64,000 bases of DNA from IMG/VR virus record IMGVR_UViG_3300025362_000477; one strand, 5' to 3'. Source of the DNA: a virus (lineage: Duplodnaviria > Caudoviricetes). The position numbers and the translations under genes were made by a program. The notes beneath the pieces are model-generated. The model saw only the letters and a list, made by a program, of their open reading frames with translations, ran no database searches and was not told the DNA's origin. Shown piece by piece: positions 37,939 to 47,908 of the stretch (positions are counted from its first letter, which is position 1; each line of letters starts with the position of its first letter).

Positions 37939-38340
37939 TCATACTATCTCCTCATATGGTATAACTACTGAAAGTGTAGCACAATCTCGATCTTTTCTAT
38001 CTTGCATCTCATTATATTTAGATATGATTGGATTAATAGTATCCAATATTCGATTATGGTCTATCAATATATCTTCATGATTGGATATTAAATGACTATT
38101 AACTGCAACATGAATCATATCAGTTTCAACATCTCGTCTCACCTGATCCAAAAAATCAAAATTCCGATATGATACTTTGGGATTCCGATCTTTAATCTCA
38201 AGATAATTCTTAACATATAATGCTGGATCAAAATCATCAGCAGCAAACTCAGCTATAACTGTATCAGGTTTGAATTTTCTAAACCGAATAACTAACGGTT
38301 TCCATACCCATTCTTTCAAGAATACTACTATATCTATCAT
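37939..38340 (-). CDS. Hypothetical protein
   Basis: 133-aa ORF. Confidence 0.55.
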   Translation of the reverse strand: MIDIVVFLKEWVWKPLVIRFRKFKPDTVIAEFAADDFDPALYVKNYLEIKDRNPKVSYRNFDFLDQVRRDVETDMIHVAVNSHLISNHEDILIDHNRILDTINPIISKYNEMQDRKDRDCATLSVVIPYEEIV

Positions 38341-38572
38341 ACTTCCCTCCGTAATTGTTTTGTTTCAATTTCAACTTTGAAATTACTATTAATCATACTA
38401 GCAAGATGAAGCCATTTTCATGTGCAGATATCATACCTTCATATGGTTCATCTACTAACTTAACTTCTATTCCTGTATAATATAACATATTAGCAATAAT
38501 ATTAGCTAATGTTGTTTTGCCACTCCCCACTTCACCGGTGATCAATATCTTAACTTTTCTTTTTTCACTCAC
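38338..38572 (-). pseudogene. Frameshifted small P-loop protein remnant
   Basis: ILITGEVGSGKTTLA in a 41-codon frame, with plausible continuation only in other frames. Confidence 0.35.
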
Positions 38573-39020
38573 TATACTTCTCCCGAATAAATTTGGCTAT
38601 AGAACTGACTTCTTTACCATCAACAGCAATTCCATTCTTTCTAAAATAAGCCATTGCAGCACCAATAAATTGACCATCTGATTTTGCATCTAAGTGCCGT
38701 AAAATCAAAATCTCAAGCTCATTCTTCACTTCTTCAATACTAAGATTACTAGGAATCCATTCATCATATATTGATATTTCCTTTAACATAATTTCAGTGG
38801 GTTCTCTACCACTCTCTCGTAATATGGAAATATTCTCAGCCACTCCAGCTTTAAATTTTTTAAAAACACTAATAACATTCTCATCAGTGAATTCATTCTT
38901 CTGTCGAAATTTCTTGAGTTCAATTTCACCATAAACAGTTTTTAATATGTTCATTTTCTCAGGATCAGTCTTTTGATATGACCCTATCTGTCCTACTAGA
39001 CATTTAAGTAAATCTGACAT
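38565..39020 (-). CDS. yqeY: GatB/YqeY-domain protein
   Basis: LKTVYGEIE...TDENVISVFKK...EISIYDEWIPSNLSIEEV...GAAM...VDGKEV. Confidence 0.82.
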   Translation of the reverse strand: MSDLLKCLVGQIGSYQKTDPEKMNILKTVYGEIELKKFRQKNEFTDENVISVFKKFKAGVAENISILRESGREPTEIMLKEISIYDEWIPSNLSIEEVKNELEILILRHLDAKSDGQFIGAAMAYFRKNGIAVDGKEVSSIAKFIREKYSE

Positions 39021-39255
39021 AAATCTCCTTTAAGATTATTTCTTTTTTGGTAAAATAATTGGTTTCAATCCCAGTCTAAACTCCTTGCTCTTTCAGCATG
39101 ATGATCACAAGCATACCAATCCGGTTGTTTCTTACTTCCATATAATGGCCCATGAGTATGTGTTGCATGTGCAGCACATCCAAACCAAGAACATAAAATA
39201 ATTCCTTTCTTCTTTCTCATTCTTTTATTCATATAGAACTCCAATCTTTAAAAAA

Positions 39256-39339
39256 TGGTGGTAGAGGGAGGAATCGAACCTCCAAGGCCGAAGCGACAAA
39301 TTTACAGTTTGTGGAGCCCACCACCTGCTCAACTCTACC
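39256..39339 (-). tRNA. tRNA-Tyr(GUA)
   Basis: ACAAA CT GTA AA TTTGT arm, long variable arm, CCA. Confidence 0.92.
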
Positions 39340-39359
39340 TTTTACTTTATTTATTCTTT

Positions 39360-39710
39360 TTATGTTTTAGTTAATCTTTTTACTTCATTTACCATATCAC
39401 CCATTATAGCTTTCAACCCTTCAGTATCTATATCATTATATGTATGTTTAAAATATGTTGAATTTCCACCCGATGGATATATAGTTACATGAATTAAATC
39501 CTCGCTATTAGTTATCTCAATTCGGAAAGATTTATCATTTATAAGGACATGAGATTCTAACATATACTTAAAAGCATGAAATGATAATTTATAATCACCC
39601 ATATCAAAATTCATTGCTGATTTGGATACATTCAATGTATCTTTAAATAAATCATAAAGCATAATATATTGATGCTTGAATTTGGTCATAGCCATTCTAT
39701 TACCGCTCAT
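39360..39710 (-). CDS. Hypothetical protein
   Basis: 116-aa ORF. Confidence 0.55.
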   Translation of the reverse strand: MSGNRMAMTKFKHQYIMLYDLFKDTLNVSKSAMNFDMGDYKLSFHAFKYMLESHVLINDKSFRIEITNSEDLIHVTIYPSGGNSTYFKHTYNDIDTEGLKAIMGDMVNEVKRLTKT

Positions 39711-39919
39711 ATTATTTGTCCTGTTTTTTGAATATCAGAAAGTTTAATTGCTAATGCTCCAGTTGAATTACTCACATCCATGAATATAAGTTTCAAAGTT
39801 TTCATCGAGGTTAGATTTGGAAATACAGAACAATCATCAGGTATGTTTTCAAAATCAATCCTGGCATTCTTAGACATTACCTCTAAATCTCTGATATGAG
39901 TTTTTATATCTACAGCCAT
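39707..39919 (-). CDS. Hypothetical protein
   Basis: 70-aa ORF with GGAG RBS. Confidence 0.5.
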   Translation of the reverse strand: MAVDIKTHIRDLEVMSKNARIDFENIPDDCSVFPNLTSMKTLKLIFMDVSNSTGALAIKLSDIQKTGQII

Positions 39920-40203
39920 TATAATACTCCAATCAATTTTACTTCGTTATCCATCATTATGATTTCACTGATGGCATAAATAGAGAAATACCAAATGTTC
40001 GTTTAGCATATGATATCAAGTGATTCATTCTATAATCACGACGACCTGTTTTAAACCATTCCCTATGTTTTTTCTGTAATTCATTTTTTGTTTTACCTTT
40101 GATTCTCATTTTTAATCTCCTTTTGAAATAAACGCTCCGTGATTAAAACTGGTACACGGAACAAGAAACCCTATCATATGCCATAAGGCAATGAGTAATA
40201 AAA

Positions 40204-40280
40204 TGGCACGCCAAGAGGGATTCGAACCCCCGACCGACGGATTAGAGATCCGCTGCTCTATCCAACTGAGCTACTGGCGT
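40204..40280 (-). tRNA. tRNA-Arg(UCU) with C33
   Basis: GCGGA TC TCT AA TCCGT arm, TTCGAAT, GCCA. Confidence 0.85.
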
Positions 40281-40326
40281 ATTTTAATTTATTATGAATT
40301 GTTATAAAACTATCCAACTGAGCTAT

Positions 40327-40590
40327 TTAACAAGTGTACCAATCAGCAATATAATCGGGATTTGAATCTAGAAAATCTCTAAGAGCTAAAACAGCCTCTT
40401 TATACCAATGATTTACACATACAAATTCTCGATCTTCTGAACCGTTGTACAATACCAGACAATGATCATCTTCATTTATTACTGATTGACCACCGTATTG
40501 ATCTTGTAATACGATTAGAGGTGAACCATAACGATCAACATCCCAATTCTTTGGTGTCTCGTCTACTACTTTATACATATCATTTCCCAT
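40327..40590 (-). CDS. Hypothetical protein
   Basis: 87-aa ORF. Confidence 0.55.
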   Translation of the reverse strand: MGNDMYKVVDETPKNWDVDRYGSPLIVLQDQYGGQSVINEDDHCLVLYNGSEDREFVCVNHWYKEAVLALRDFLDSNPDYIADWYTC

Positions 40591-40661
40591 TTAAAAAGTG
40601 AAACTTAGACTCGTTCGCTCGCCACTACTAAAGTCTAAGTATCTATCAGGTGGACCTGATA

Positions 40662-41456
40662 TTAATTATCATCTGGAACATCATGTACGATCGGTGCACA
40701 TGGATTCAAGCTAGTGGATGCACTGACACCCACACATTTATGATTTTTGATCTTTTCTATACCTTCCGCCATAACGTCGCTCATAGTTGATGTATCATCT
40801 ACTGGAACATCAGCATCTGCATCCAATATACCATCAGCCATAGCTTGCTCGATTACAGAAGGTTTCTGTGATTTACAAGTACAGCATCCACAACTACATT
40901 TCTTTTCTTCATAATTATCATCAACAATCTCAGCATCATCATATAACTCAAAAGTAAACTTAGTATTTTCAAGTCGTAGAGGTTTTGATTCAATTAGATT
41001 GTATGCAAAGATAATGTTCAGAATAGTTGGAACATTTGCAAAAGGCAGTATTGCAATGTAAGAAATATCCACGTCACATGGATTTGGCTCAGATTCTTTT
41101 GATTCCGCCATCAATTTTTCAAAATCTCTAATCCGGCGAAGACAATTAACTTTACCTTCAGCCTTACAGAATGAATCTTTAGGACTACAGAAAGAGAATG
41201 CGGCAACCAAATAATTCCCATTTCTAATTCGTTTCGTTACTGCTGTCACATAATAGCCCCGTGGAGCCTTGTAATAAGAGAATCTAAGATCATCCATATC
41301 ATGGTGTGATAGAAGTTCTTTAAGTTCAGTTTTTCTGATCTCAGAAGGTTTTGGCTTTTTCTCATATTGAGTGCCATTAATATTTTTATCATTTTCCATT
41401 TGTATTTTCCTTTTATAATTGTTCATTTTCTGATGATAAACTTTCTTTCCATTCAT
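40662..41456 (-). CDS. Hypothetical phage protein
   Basis: AFSFCSPKDSFCKAEG motif; true start probably internal (MENDK). Confidence 0.6.
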   Translation of the reverse strand: MNGKKVYHQKMNNYKRKIQMENDKNINGTQYEKKPKPSEIRKTELKELLSHHDMDDLRFSYYKAPRGYYVTAVTKRIRNGNYLVAAFSFCSPKDSFCKAEGKVNCLRRIRDFEKLMAESKESEPNPCDVDISYIAILPFANVPTILNIIFAYNLIESKPLRLENTKFTFELYDDAEIVDDNYEEKKCSCGCCTCKSQKPSVIEQAMADGILDADADVPVDDTSTMSDVMAEGIEKIKNHKCVGVSASTSLNPCAPIVHDVPDDN

Positions 41457-41661
41457 CAGCCATGTGATCAGATATCCATTTTAACATGGCTTCTATCACA
41501 CCTGAATTATCAGCTAGGAAATTAGTTAATGCAGTACCACACACATCACCATCATAACCCATGTCTTCACATAGCTGACTTAGATTTGATACTCCAGTTT
41601 CACATTCCCAACAATGGAATCCTTTATCATTCATATATTGTTCTAATATTTCGAGACTCAT
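41413..41661 (-). CDS. Hypothetical protein
   Basis: 82-aa ORF with AGGAG RBS. Confidence 0.6.
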   Translation of the reverse strand: MSLEILEQYMNDKGFHCWECETGVSNLSQLCEDMGYDGDVCGTALTNFLADNSGVIEAMLKWISDHMADEWKESLSSENEQL

Positions 41662-41674
41662 TAATCTCCTTTAA

Positions 41675-41757
41675 TGGAGCTAAGGATGGGATTCGAACCC
41701 ATGACGTAGAATTTCAGTTTTGCAGACTGACCCGTTCAACCACTCCGGCACCTTAGC
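41675..41757 (-). tRNA. tRNA-Cys(GCA) with an extended variable region
   Basis: TCAGT CT GCA AA ACTGA arm, 11-nt variable region, TCCA. Confidence 0.88.
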
Positions 41758-41819
41758 GTAATGTTTCAATCGGATATCTAAATGTATACATCGAACATAG
41801 ATCAAAATCTATAACAAAA

Positions 41820-42200
41820 TCATCCATCTTTAACCTCCCCACACCAATCATAATGAAATGTAACTTCTATAACTGCATTAGTATCTTTACATTCATCTAA
41901 CGGATATTTTAACTTACAAGGCCATAAATTTTTGAATACGTATGTTTTCCCATCAACTTTATGTTTAACATAAGAATCTTCGCGTGGTTTATTACCATCT
42001 CTTATAGCATCCATCCATTTAATCAAAAGATCATATATTGGTTTATTCTCTTCCATAACAGTATGAATACTGGTATCCATAGTTGGATTATGAGTAGGCA
42101 TACCATGCAATCTACTATTATCAAATAATGGATCCATTAAACAATCAGGTAGATCAAATTTAATCTCCCATTGTTTGTTCTTAAATTCATAGTTAGACAT
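41820..42200 (-). CDS. Short tail-tube (T4 gp19-like) paralogue
   Basis: YDLLIKWM...FKNLWP...IEVTFHYDW resembles the gp19 pattern KFVDWQ...KGLWP...EVTLALDYW. Confidence 0.45.
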   Translation of the reverse strand: MSNYEFKNKQWEIKFDLPDCLMDPLFDNSRLHGMPTHNPTMDTSIHTVMEENKPIYDLLIKWMDAIRDGNKPREDSYVKHKVDGKTYVFKNLWPCKLKYPLDECKDTNAVIEVTFHYDWCGEVKDG

Positions 42201-42201
42201 A

Positions 42202-42528
42202 TCAAGCCCTCATATCTACGATGACATGAGAATTAAAACAACTACTGCAATGAAATATTTTTATAACAGCTATATTATCACTATTCAAATCACCACCAGA
42301 GAAGTCATATTGTCTAGTTTCATCCATCAAAGTAAAATCCTCAACATTACATGATTCACCCTCATGTAAAATACCAGTCACCACAAAAACCTTGCGATTA
42401 AATCTATTAAGGATATCCAAAGTATATGGATAATCACCACATTCATTATGAGGTTCTCCTCTGGATACTCTTATAGCAAAGATATTAGAAGCATCCAATT
42501 TACCCAATCTCTTCGGATAATCAATCAT
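42202..42528 (-). CDS. Hypothetical protein
   Basis: 108-aa ORF. Confidence 0.55.
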   Translation of the reverse strand: MIDYPKRLGKLDASNIFAIRVSRGEPHNECGDYPYTLDILNRFNRKVFVVTGILHEGESCNVEDFTLMDETRQYDFSGGDLNSDNIAVIKIFHCSSCFNSHVIVDMRA

Positions 42529-42588
42529 CGTTCTCCTTTTTTATGGCTGGAGTTTGAAAAACCCCAACTATCTCTAATTTCCTTAAAA

Positions 42589-42664
42589 TGGTGGAGCTGG
42601 AGGGGATCAAACCCTCGACCTGATGCTTGCAAAGCACCTGCTCTCTCAGCTGAGCTACAACCCC
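42589..42664 (-). tRNA. tRNA-Ala(UGC)
   Basis: G3:U70 acceptor, TT TGC AA loop, T-loop TTTGATC. Confidence 0.88.
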
Positions 42665-42696
42665 ATTTTTATTTTAATCTTTTGTTCTAATTAAAT

Positions 42697-42772
42697 TGGT
42701 AGGTGAAGAGGGAGTCGAACCCCCAACATTTACATTCGTAGTGTAACGCTCTATCCATTGAGCTACTCACCC
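42697..42772 (-). tRNA. tRNA-Arg(ACG)
   Basis: TTACA CT ACG AA TGTAA arm, TTCGACT, ACCA. Confidence 0.9.
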
Positions 42773-42918
42773 TTGATTTTCTAAAGCTTCAGCATATATT
42801 GCTAAATCTTCTGCTATATCAGAAACTACATTTGATGCATCTGGAGGATCCATATCTCTAATCTCATAATTAATCATTCTCATGACTCTATCTTTTAAAT
42901 CCATAATCAATCCTTTAT

Positions 42919-42983
42919 TGGCGGAGTCAAACCCCAACCGATAATTTTGGAGACTACTGATCTAACAATTTCGTTAATTTTCC
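42919..42983 (-). pseudogene. Degenerate tRNA-Trp(CCA) remnant
   Basis: GTAGT CT CCA AA ATTAT arm and TTTGACT loop followed directly by CCGCCA; the 3' acceptor strand is largely deleted. Confidence 0.5.
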
Positions 42984-43130
42984 ATTAATGGATCGTCTAA
43001 CGGATCTTTGTACAGCAGATTATCGTAGTGATTTCTTGCCACTAATACCTGTTCGTTTTCGACCATTAGATGAAAAACACATAGATCTAATCTTTTTATA
43101 TTCATTCATATAATCAACCTCCAAAAACCT

Positions 43131-43218
43131 TGGAAGAGAGGGTGGGATTCGAACCCACGGGAACTTTCGAACCACATCGATAGCAATGATGCGCTTTAAG
43201 CCACTCAGCCACCTCTCC
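43131..43218 (-). tRNA. tRNA-Ser(GCU)
   Basis: GGAGAGG acceptor, TT GCT AT loop, long variable arm. Confidence 0.9.
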
Positions 43219-43391
43219 ATAAAATTATTCTTCTATATCACATCCACAACTACCAGCACAGTCAGGACATGTCTCTAAACCACAACAAGGACAAACATAT
43301 ACCCAATTATCAGTGATATTCATATAATGACATTTTGGACATTCACGTTCCATATTTTTATTTATTCCTTTTTCTTAAAATAAGATCTTAG

Positions 43392-43670
43392 TTATGATTT
43401 AAAAAATTCATGAATCTTTGATCTGATCACATCTTCTTTTTTACTCTTACTCATTTTTTTAATGTCACATTCATACTTAGAAGCAACACTCCTATTAACA
43501 ACCTTCAGACTCCACTCAAGAGTAACAGGTAATCCATGAGCTCGAACTGATTTAGAACCTTTACCAGAATTATGTTTTTTAACTCTAGCATCTAAGTCGG
43601 TAGTGATACCGGTATATAGGGCATTGTTTTGACATCTAACCATATATACAAACCATGATTTATCACCCAT
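43392..43670 (-). CDS. Small GIY-YIG nuclease (UPF0213 YhbQ/YazA-like)
   Basis: WFVYMVRCQNNALYTGITTDLDARVKKHNSGKGSK. Confidence 0.88.
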   Translation of the reverse strand: MGDKSWFVYMVRCQNNALYTGITTDLDARVKKHNSGKGSKSVRAHGLPVTLEWSLKVVNRSVASKYECDIKKMSKSKKEDVIRSKIHEFFKS

Positions 43671-43723
43671 TCATCTTCTCCACTGCTATATACTTAGTAT
43701 CACCACTACCATGCTCTTTAACT

Positions 43724-44398
43724 TTAATCATTACTGTTTTCATCAGACTCTTCCCATTCGTTGTGTTCTGATTCAGTTTCAGGTTCTGAAATATTGAATT
43801 GTAATATAGCTTCTTCTTTCGATGATGCTATACCACTATTAAATTCCTCTCCTTGGACATATGATCTATGATCATCTACTATAACCAATCCATCACTGAT
43901 TGAATGATCTACTTTGAAACTATCAAGATCACTATAATGTTCTAAAATATCCTCTATCCATTCTCTCTTATCTTCGAAAGTACCGATCAAGTAAGTTGCT
44001 ACGAATATATCATCCATCCAGCCATCCAACTCTACCTTTCGACGATGTATTGCATTCATATCAAATCGATCCATCACTCTGACTTTGGAATACCAACACG
44101 CATCTATTTCAAATACATAGCATTCATAGTGTTGATTCCCAGATACTGATTGAGGTTCTTGTTGACATAAAATTGCTGTTGCAGATGCAATCAACCAACC
44201 TTTAGTGAAATCAGATGCTTTCTCACCATCACCAACTATAATCTCATGGGTTAGGAAATTAGCGACCTCTGTAACATTATTGAAATTTTTAGATATTATT
44301 AAATTCTCCAGATACCTACAATACTGTTTTCCATCATAAGTTATGGTAGCATCATCATCAGTATCCATACTAAGCGATAATCGTAATTTTTTACTCAT
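43724..44398 (-). CDS. Hypothetical protein
   Basis: 224-aa ORF. Confidence 0.6.
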   Translation of the reverse strand: MSKKLRLSLSMDTDDDATITYDGKQYCRYLENLIISKNFNNVTEVANFLTHEIIVGDGEKASDFTKGWLIASATAILCQQEPQSVSGNQHYECYVFEIDACWYSKVRVMDRFDMNAIHRRKVELDGWMDDIFVATYLIGTFEDKREWIEDILEHYSDLDSFKVDHSISDGLVIVDDHRSYVQGEEFNSGIASSKEEAILQFNISEPETESEHNEWEESDENSND

Positions 44399-44795
44399 TC
44401 AATAATAATCCCTCCACTATCTGAACCCAGTTATCATCAAGTTTATGAGCATCCCAATCTTCGCATTCATCAAGACTTCTAAGGAAGTTCCGAACTTGCA
44501 TACCTTCTTCCAAATGTACACAATGAGGAATCCCATCATCCATATATACAGCATCTAAACGACCATGTTCTTTTTTCATATGCTTAAAGAAATCTCTTCC
44601 AGAATCACCCAAGAATTTCTTTAAGGAATCTTTGGCTTTGTCTGATATAAGACTTGATTTCATTATCAACTGTTTCATAAACCCTTTACCATATTGACCA
44701 TCAGAATAACCTTTCATTCTAATATCAATCCAGTTTTGGATTCCATCTTCTAAAAATTTTACACGATTTTTCAATTCTTGTAATTCTGACATCAT
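44391..44795 (-). CDS. Hypothetical phage protein
   Basis: PHCVHLEEGMQVRNFLR motif. Confidence 0.6.
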   Translation of the reverse strand: MMSELQELKNRVKFLEDGIQNWIDIRMKGYSDGQYGKGFMKQLIMKSSLISDKAKDSLKKFLGDSGRDFFKHMKKEHGRLDAVYMDDGIPHCVHLEEGMQVRNFLRSLDECEDWDAHKLDDNWVQIVEGLLLNE

Positions 44796-44964
44796 CTACA
44801 CTCCAATTCATACAATAGTTCATCTGCTGATATAAATTTATCAATCTTAGCTTTATCACAAAATTCTCTATATATGTTACATAACCATCGATCATGTTTA
44901 TAAGATACATGACTAACATGTGCCTGTATAAATCTCTTCAACCAATGAATCTTATATAGTCTAT

Positions 44965-45207
44965 TCATAAAGTCTTACGATACGGGAATTTTACCACATC
45001 ATCATTTGGGAATGTAACTGACACTGATGTAATATTAAATGTTTTGATAAATCCCAATTTTTCCAATGATCTCATACAATCAAGATATGCTTGGCATGAT
45101 TGGTGATGTGACCATTGATTACCATTAGCTTTAAGTCGTTCAATATGCCATAGTTGCATTATAGTTTTGCAATGAGCTACTAATCTATTTCTATCATTAT
45201 TATTCAT
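44965..45207 (-). CDS. Hypothetical protein
   Basis: 80-aa ORF with GGAGG RBS. Confidence 0.55.
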   Translation of the reverse strand: MNNNDRNRLVAHCKTIMQLWHIERLKANGNQWSHHQSCQAYLDCMRSLEKLGFIKTFNITSVSVTFPNDDVVKFPYRKTL

Positions 45208-45221
45208 TATAACCTCCTTTA

Positions 45222-45570
45222 AAAATGACCAGTTTAACCTCTAACTGAAAAGGGCCTCTTATCGTGTTTAAGCTTAACGTCTAGAATTCCACCTGGCAAA
45301 TTTTCTTCTTGATCTAGTCAATATCAATTACTATACATTTTGTGGCTAGCCGTGTCATAGCCCTTTGGACTCAAAACATATAATCTTCATATATCATTTA
45401 CCCACGAGTCACCAAGTGGGCTCAACTTAACTTAATAAGTCATTTGGTTCGTATTAAGATATGAATTAACCCTATCATACGCTATAGGTTCATCCAGGTT
45501 ACATATTGTTGGTGGGAGCGGGTTAGAATTACCATCCTATCCAAGTTATCCTTTGCATTGGAACCCCCGT
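45222..45570 (-). ncRNA. Candidate structured non-coding RNA downstream of tRNA-Gly
   Basis: About 350 nt without an ORF, several hairpins, and a roughly 60-nt tRNA-like unit ending CCCACCA. Confidence 0.3.
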
Positions 45571-45574
45571 AAAA

Positions 45575-45650
45575 TGGAGCAAGAGACGTGACTTGAACAC
45601 GCAACAATCTGATTGGAAATCAAATGCTCTTCCAATTGAGTTACACTTGC
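45575..45650 (-). tRNA. tRNA-Gly(UCC)
   Basis: TTTGA TT TCC AA TCAGA arm, TTCAAGT, TCCA. Confidence 0.88.
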
Positions 45651-45757
45651 TATTATATAATCACATTCTCGGATAACATAAAGCTTTCACATCAGAATAC
45701 TCTGAAGTACTTACCTAAAACGAGACTTATATGGTTATCTTTATTTATTCTTTTCTA

Positions 45758-45964
45758 TTATGAAAAGGATCTAACCAAATTTCTCTCATTATGATAATAT
45801 CTTCTAACTGGTCTAGCCATTACATAATGCTGAGCTATATGAATAAAATCAGTAAAAGACCTTTGTTCATCTGGATGCAATACTTATAATAAACTAAATT
45901 TATTATAAGCATCAGCTAAACAATCCATTACTTCTTGCTCTTTATCATTAAGTAGATTAATCAT
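45758..45964 (-). pseudogene. 68-codon ORF interrupted by one in-frame TAA (45884-45886)
   Basis: MINLLNDKEQEVMDCLADAYNKFSLL*VLHPDEQRSFTDFIHIAQHYVMARPVRR...; RBS upstream. Confidence 0.45.
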
Positions 45965-46427
45965 TTTTATCTCCCAACTTTTCCTCCCAGTTACCACATT
46001 TATAACGGATAGTTACCTCTGATCGTTCACCAGCATCACGATAAGGACATTCATAAGTCTTACCTTCATCTGTTTCATCGAAAATTAAGAATTTACAATT
46101 TTCACAAGTATCAACTTCACCACGATCAAACAATATCCCCATAATGATATCATCATAAAAATCAATCCAATATCTTTCTTCACGAATAGCTCGAAGCTGA
46201 TCCGAATCACAATCAATCAATTTTATCTGCGTCAATGGATGTTTATTTCCATTTAGGCCACAAGTACCCCATGTTGCAACTTTCTTCTTCACATCAAATG
46301 ATACATCTGATTGTTCACAAAATGTTTCAAACAATTTTATACTACAACCAAACAATACATGTAATTCATCAGCATTCTTAGATACCAATTCTTCTTCACT
46401 CATATTAACCCATACTGGTACTTTCAT
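45957..46427 (-). CDS. Hypothetical protein with a C-terminal Cys cluster
   Basis: TWGTCGLNG...IKLIDCDSDQL, CENC...C...C. Confidence 0.6.
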   Translation of the reverse strand: MKVPVWVNMSEEELVSKNADELHVLFGCSIKLFETFCEQSDVSFDVKKKVATWGTCGLNGNKHPLTQIKLIDCDSDQLRAIREERYWIDFYDDIIMGILFDRGEVDTCENCKFLIFDETDEGKTYECPYRDAGERSEVTIRYKCGNWEEKLGDKND

Positions 46428-46948
46428 AGTAAACCCCTTATGTACTTTGGTTGAACTTCATCTGTTAACCATACACCATTATCTGACTGATAGAATTGTT
46501 TTCCATCTAAATACATTGTCATAGAATCAATCTCCAATACCGCACATTTACCATGTCTAGATCCAACAATTCTTGCTGTGGATATAAGATATGATAAATG
46601 AACATGATTCCTCTTCTGCTTCTGGATCCCTTTATGATAGATAGAAGTTAAGAATCTTGTTGCTGTCCCATGATATAAAAGAGCAGGAGGCATGAGTGGC
46701 ATCAATTTTAAATCAACATCAATTGAATGGCCTTGATTAGCTCTGATTTTAGTCTTAGAGACATTAAAGGCAAATCGTTGTTTATTGTTATTTAATACAA
46801 CTCTTTCTATCTGTTCAAACGTCAAATCAGTGTTCTTGATTAATTTCTGAACACTACCCCATCCTTCCTTATCTAAATCGATGCTAGCTTTAGATGGATC
46901 ATGTCTCAAAACTAAACTTAAGAATTTTGAAGCTTTTATATCGTCCAT
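46424..46948 (-). CDS. kptA: RNA 2'-phosphotransferase (KptA/Tpt1)
   Basis: LSLVLRHDP, IRANQGHS, LYHGT, RNHVHLS, NGVWLT. Confidence 0.95.
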   Translation of the reverse strand: MDDIKASKFLSLVLRHDPSKASIDLDKEGWGSVQKLIKNTDLTFEQIERVVLNNNKQRFAFNVSKTKIRANQGHSIDVDLKLMPLMPPALLYHGTATRFLTSIYHKGIQKQKRNHVHLSYLISTARIVGSRHGKCAVLEIDSMTMYLDGKQFYQSDNGVWLTDEVQPKYIRGLL

Positions 46949-47068
46949 GTTATTCCCTTTCAATTCTTGCTAAAAATTGATTATACTTAGATATAACCCA
47001 TTTCTGAGATTTCTCACTCAGTTCAGATTTACCTTGCATAATTAAACCAACTTCTGTTTTAATATCAC

Positions 47069-47302
47069 TCATCGTAAAATAACCTCGTGTAATATTTTAT
47101 GGTGAGTTTTACAAATTGTGATAAACACCATAGAAGTATTTGATACATAATCTATAGAAACATCTTTAACTCGACCTTTAACATTCGCACCTTCAAATGT
47201 CTTATAGAGTATCATAGAACCTTTGGGAGGAATGATTAAAGATTTACCTTTTTTTTCTCCAGTGTGATCAAGTGTACCTTCTATTGCAAATTCCAAAATC
47301 AT
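47069..47302 (-). CDS. Hypothetical protein
   Basis: 77-aa ORF. Confidence 0.5.
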   Translation of the reverse strand: MILEFAIEGTLDHTGEKKGKSLIIPPKGSMILYKTFEGANVKGRVKDVSIDYVSNTSMVFITICKTHHKILHEVILR

Positions 47303-47311
47303 TTTAGATCC

Positions 47312-47629
47312 TTATTCTAGCCCATGTATTAAAATATCTACAGCCTCTAATTTTTCATTTAATAGATGAATCATTTCTTTGAGTTTCTGATTCTCTAGTT
47401 TTAAATGATCTATTTCACTAAGACTCATATTTGAATCAAAATTATATATCGCATCTACACATTCCGCATGCCCATCAGCAAGTTCTATCCCATCTTCACT
47501 CAATATTATACCATTACCCCATTCAATAGTAATCGGGATATCACGTCGAGACCCATAAATACCAATAGCTGTAGTTAATATCTTCATAGCATCTGATATA
47601 TTAATATGTTCAACTTTATTCTTGTTCAT
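47312..47629 (-). CDS. Hypothetical protein
   Basis: 105-aa ORF with AGGAG RBS. Confidence 0.55.
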   Translation of the reverse strand: MNKNKVEHINISDAMKILTTAIGIYGSRRDIPITIEWGNGIILSEDGIELADGHAECVDAIYNFDSNMSLSEIDHLKLENQKLKEMIHLLNEKLEAVDILIHGLE

Positions 47630-47908
47630 ATAAAACTCCTTTTGTTTACGTTAAAGTCTTTAAAGAATGGTTGTTGATTATAATTACCAACAACTCTCTT
47701 TAAAAATTTTAAATTCATCCTTTTATACCATCAACGTTAGGTATATTTCTTTTTTTCTTCATCTCGGTAATACTTCGCTTCTGATCGGCTAAGACCAGTA
47801 ATAAATGGATCGCCATCACGAAAAACTGCCCATGAATAACAATCATCACCTTGATATTTCTTGGCTATAATTTTTGGTTTAGCCATAATCAATAAACTCC
47901 TTTTAAAA

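Noticed and set aside
40606-40640. Inverted repeat acttagact...agtctaagt
   Set aside because: Single copy, intergenic, consistent with an ordinary terminator-like hairpin; no evidence for a mobile-element end.
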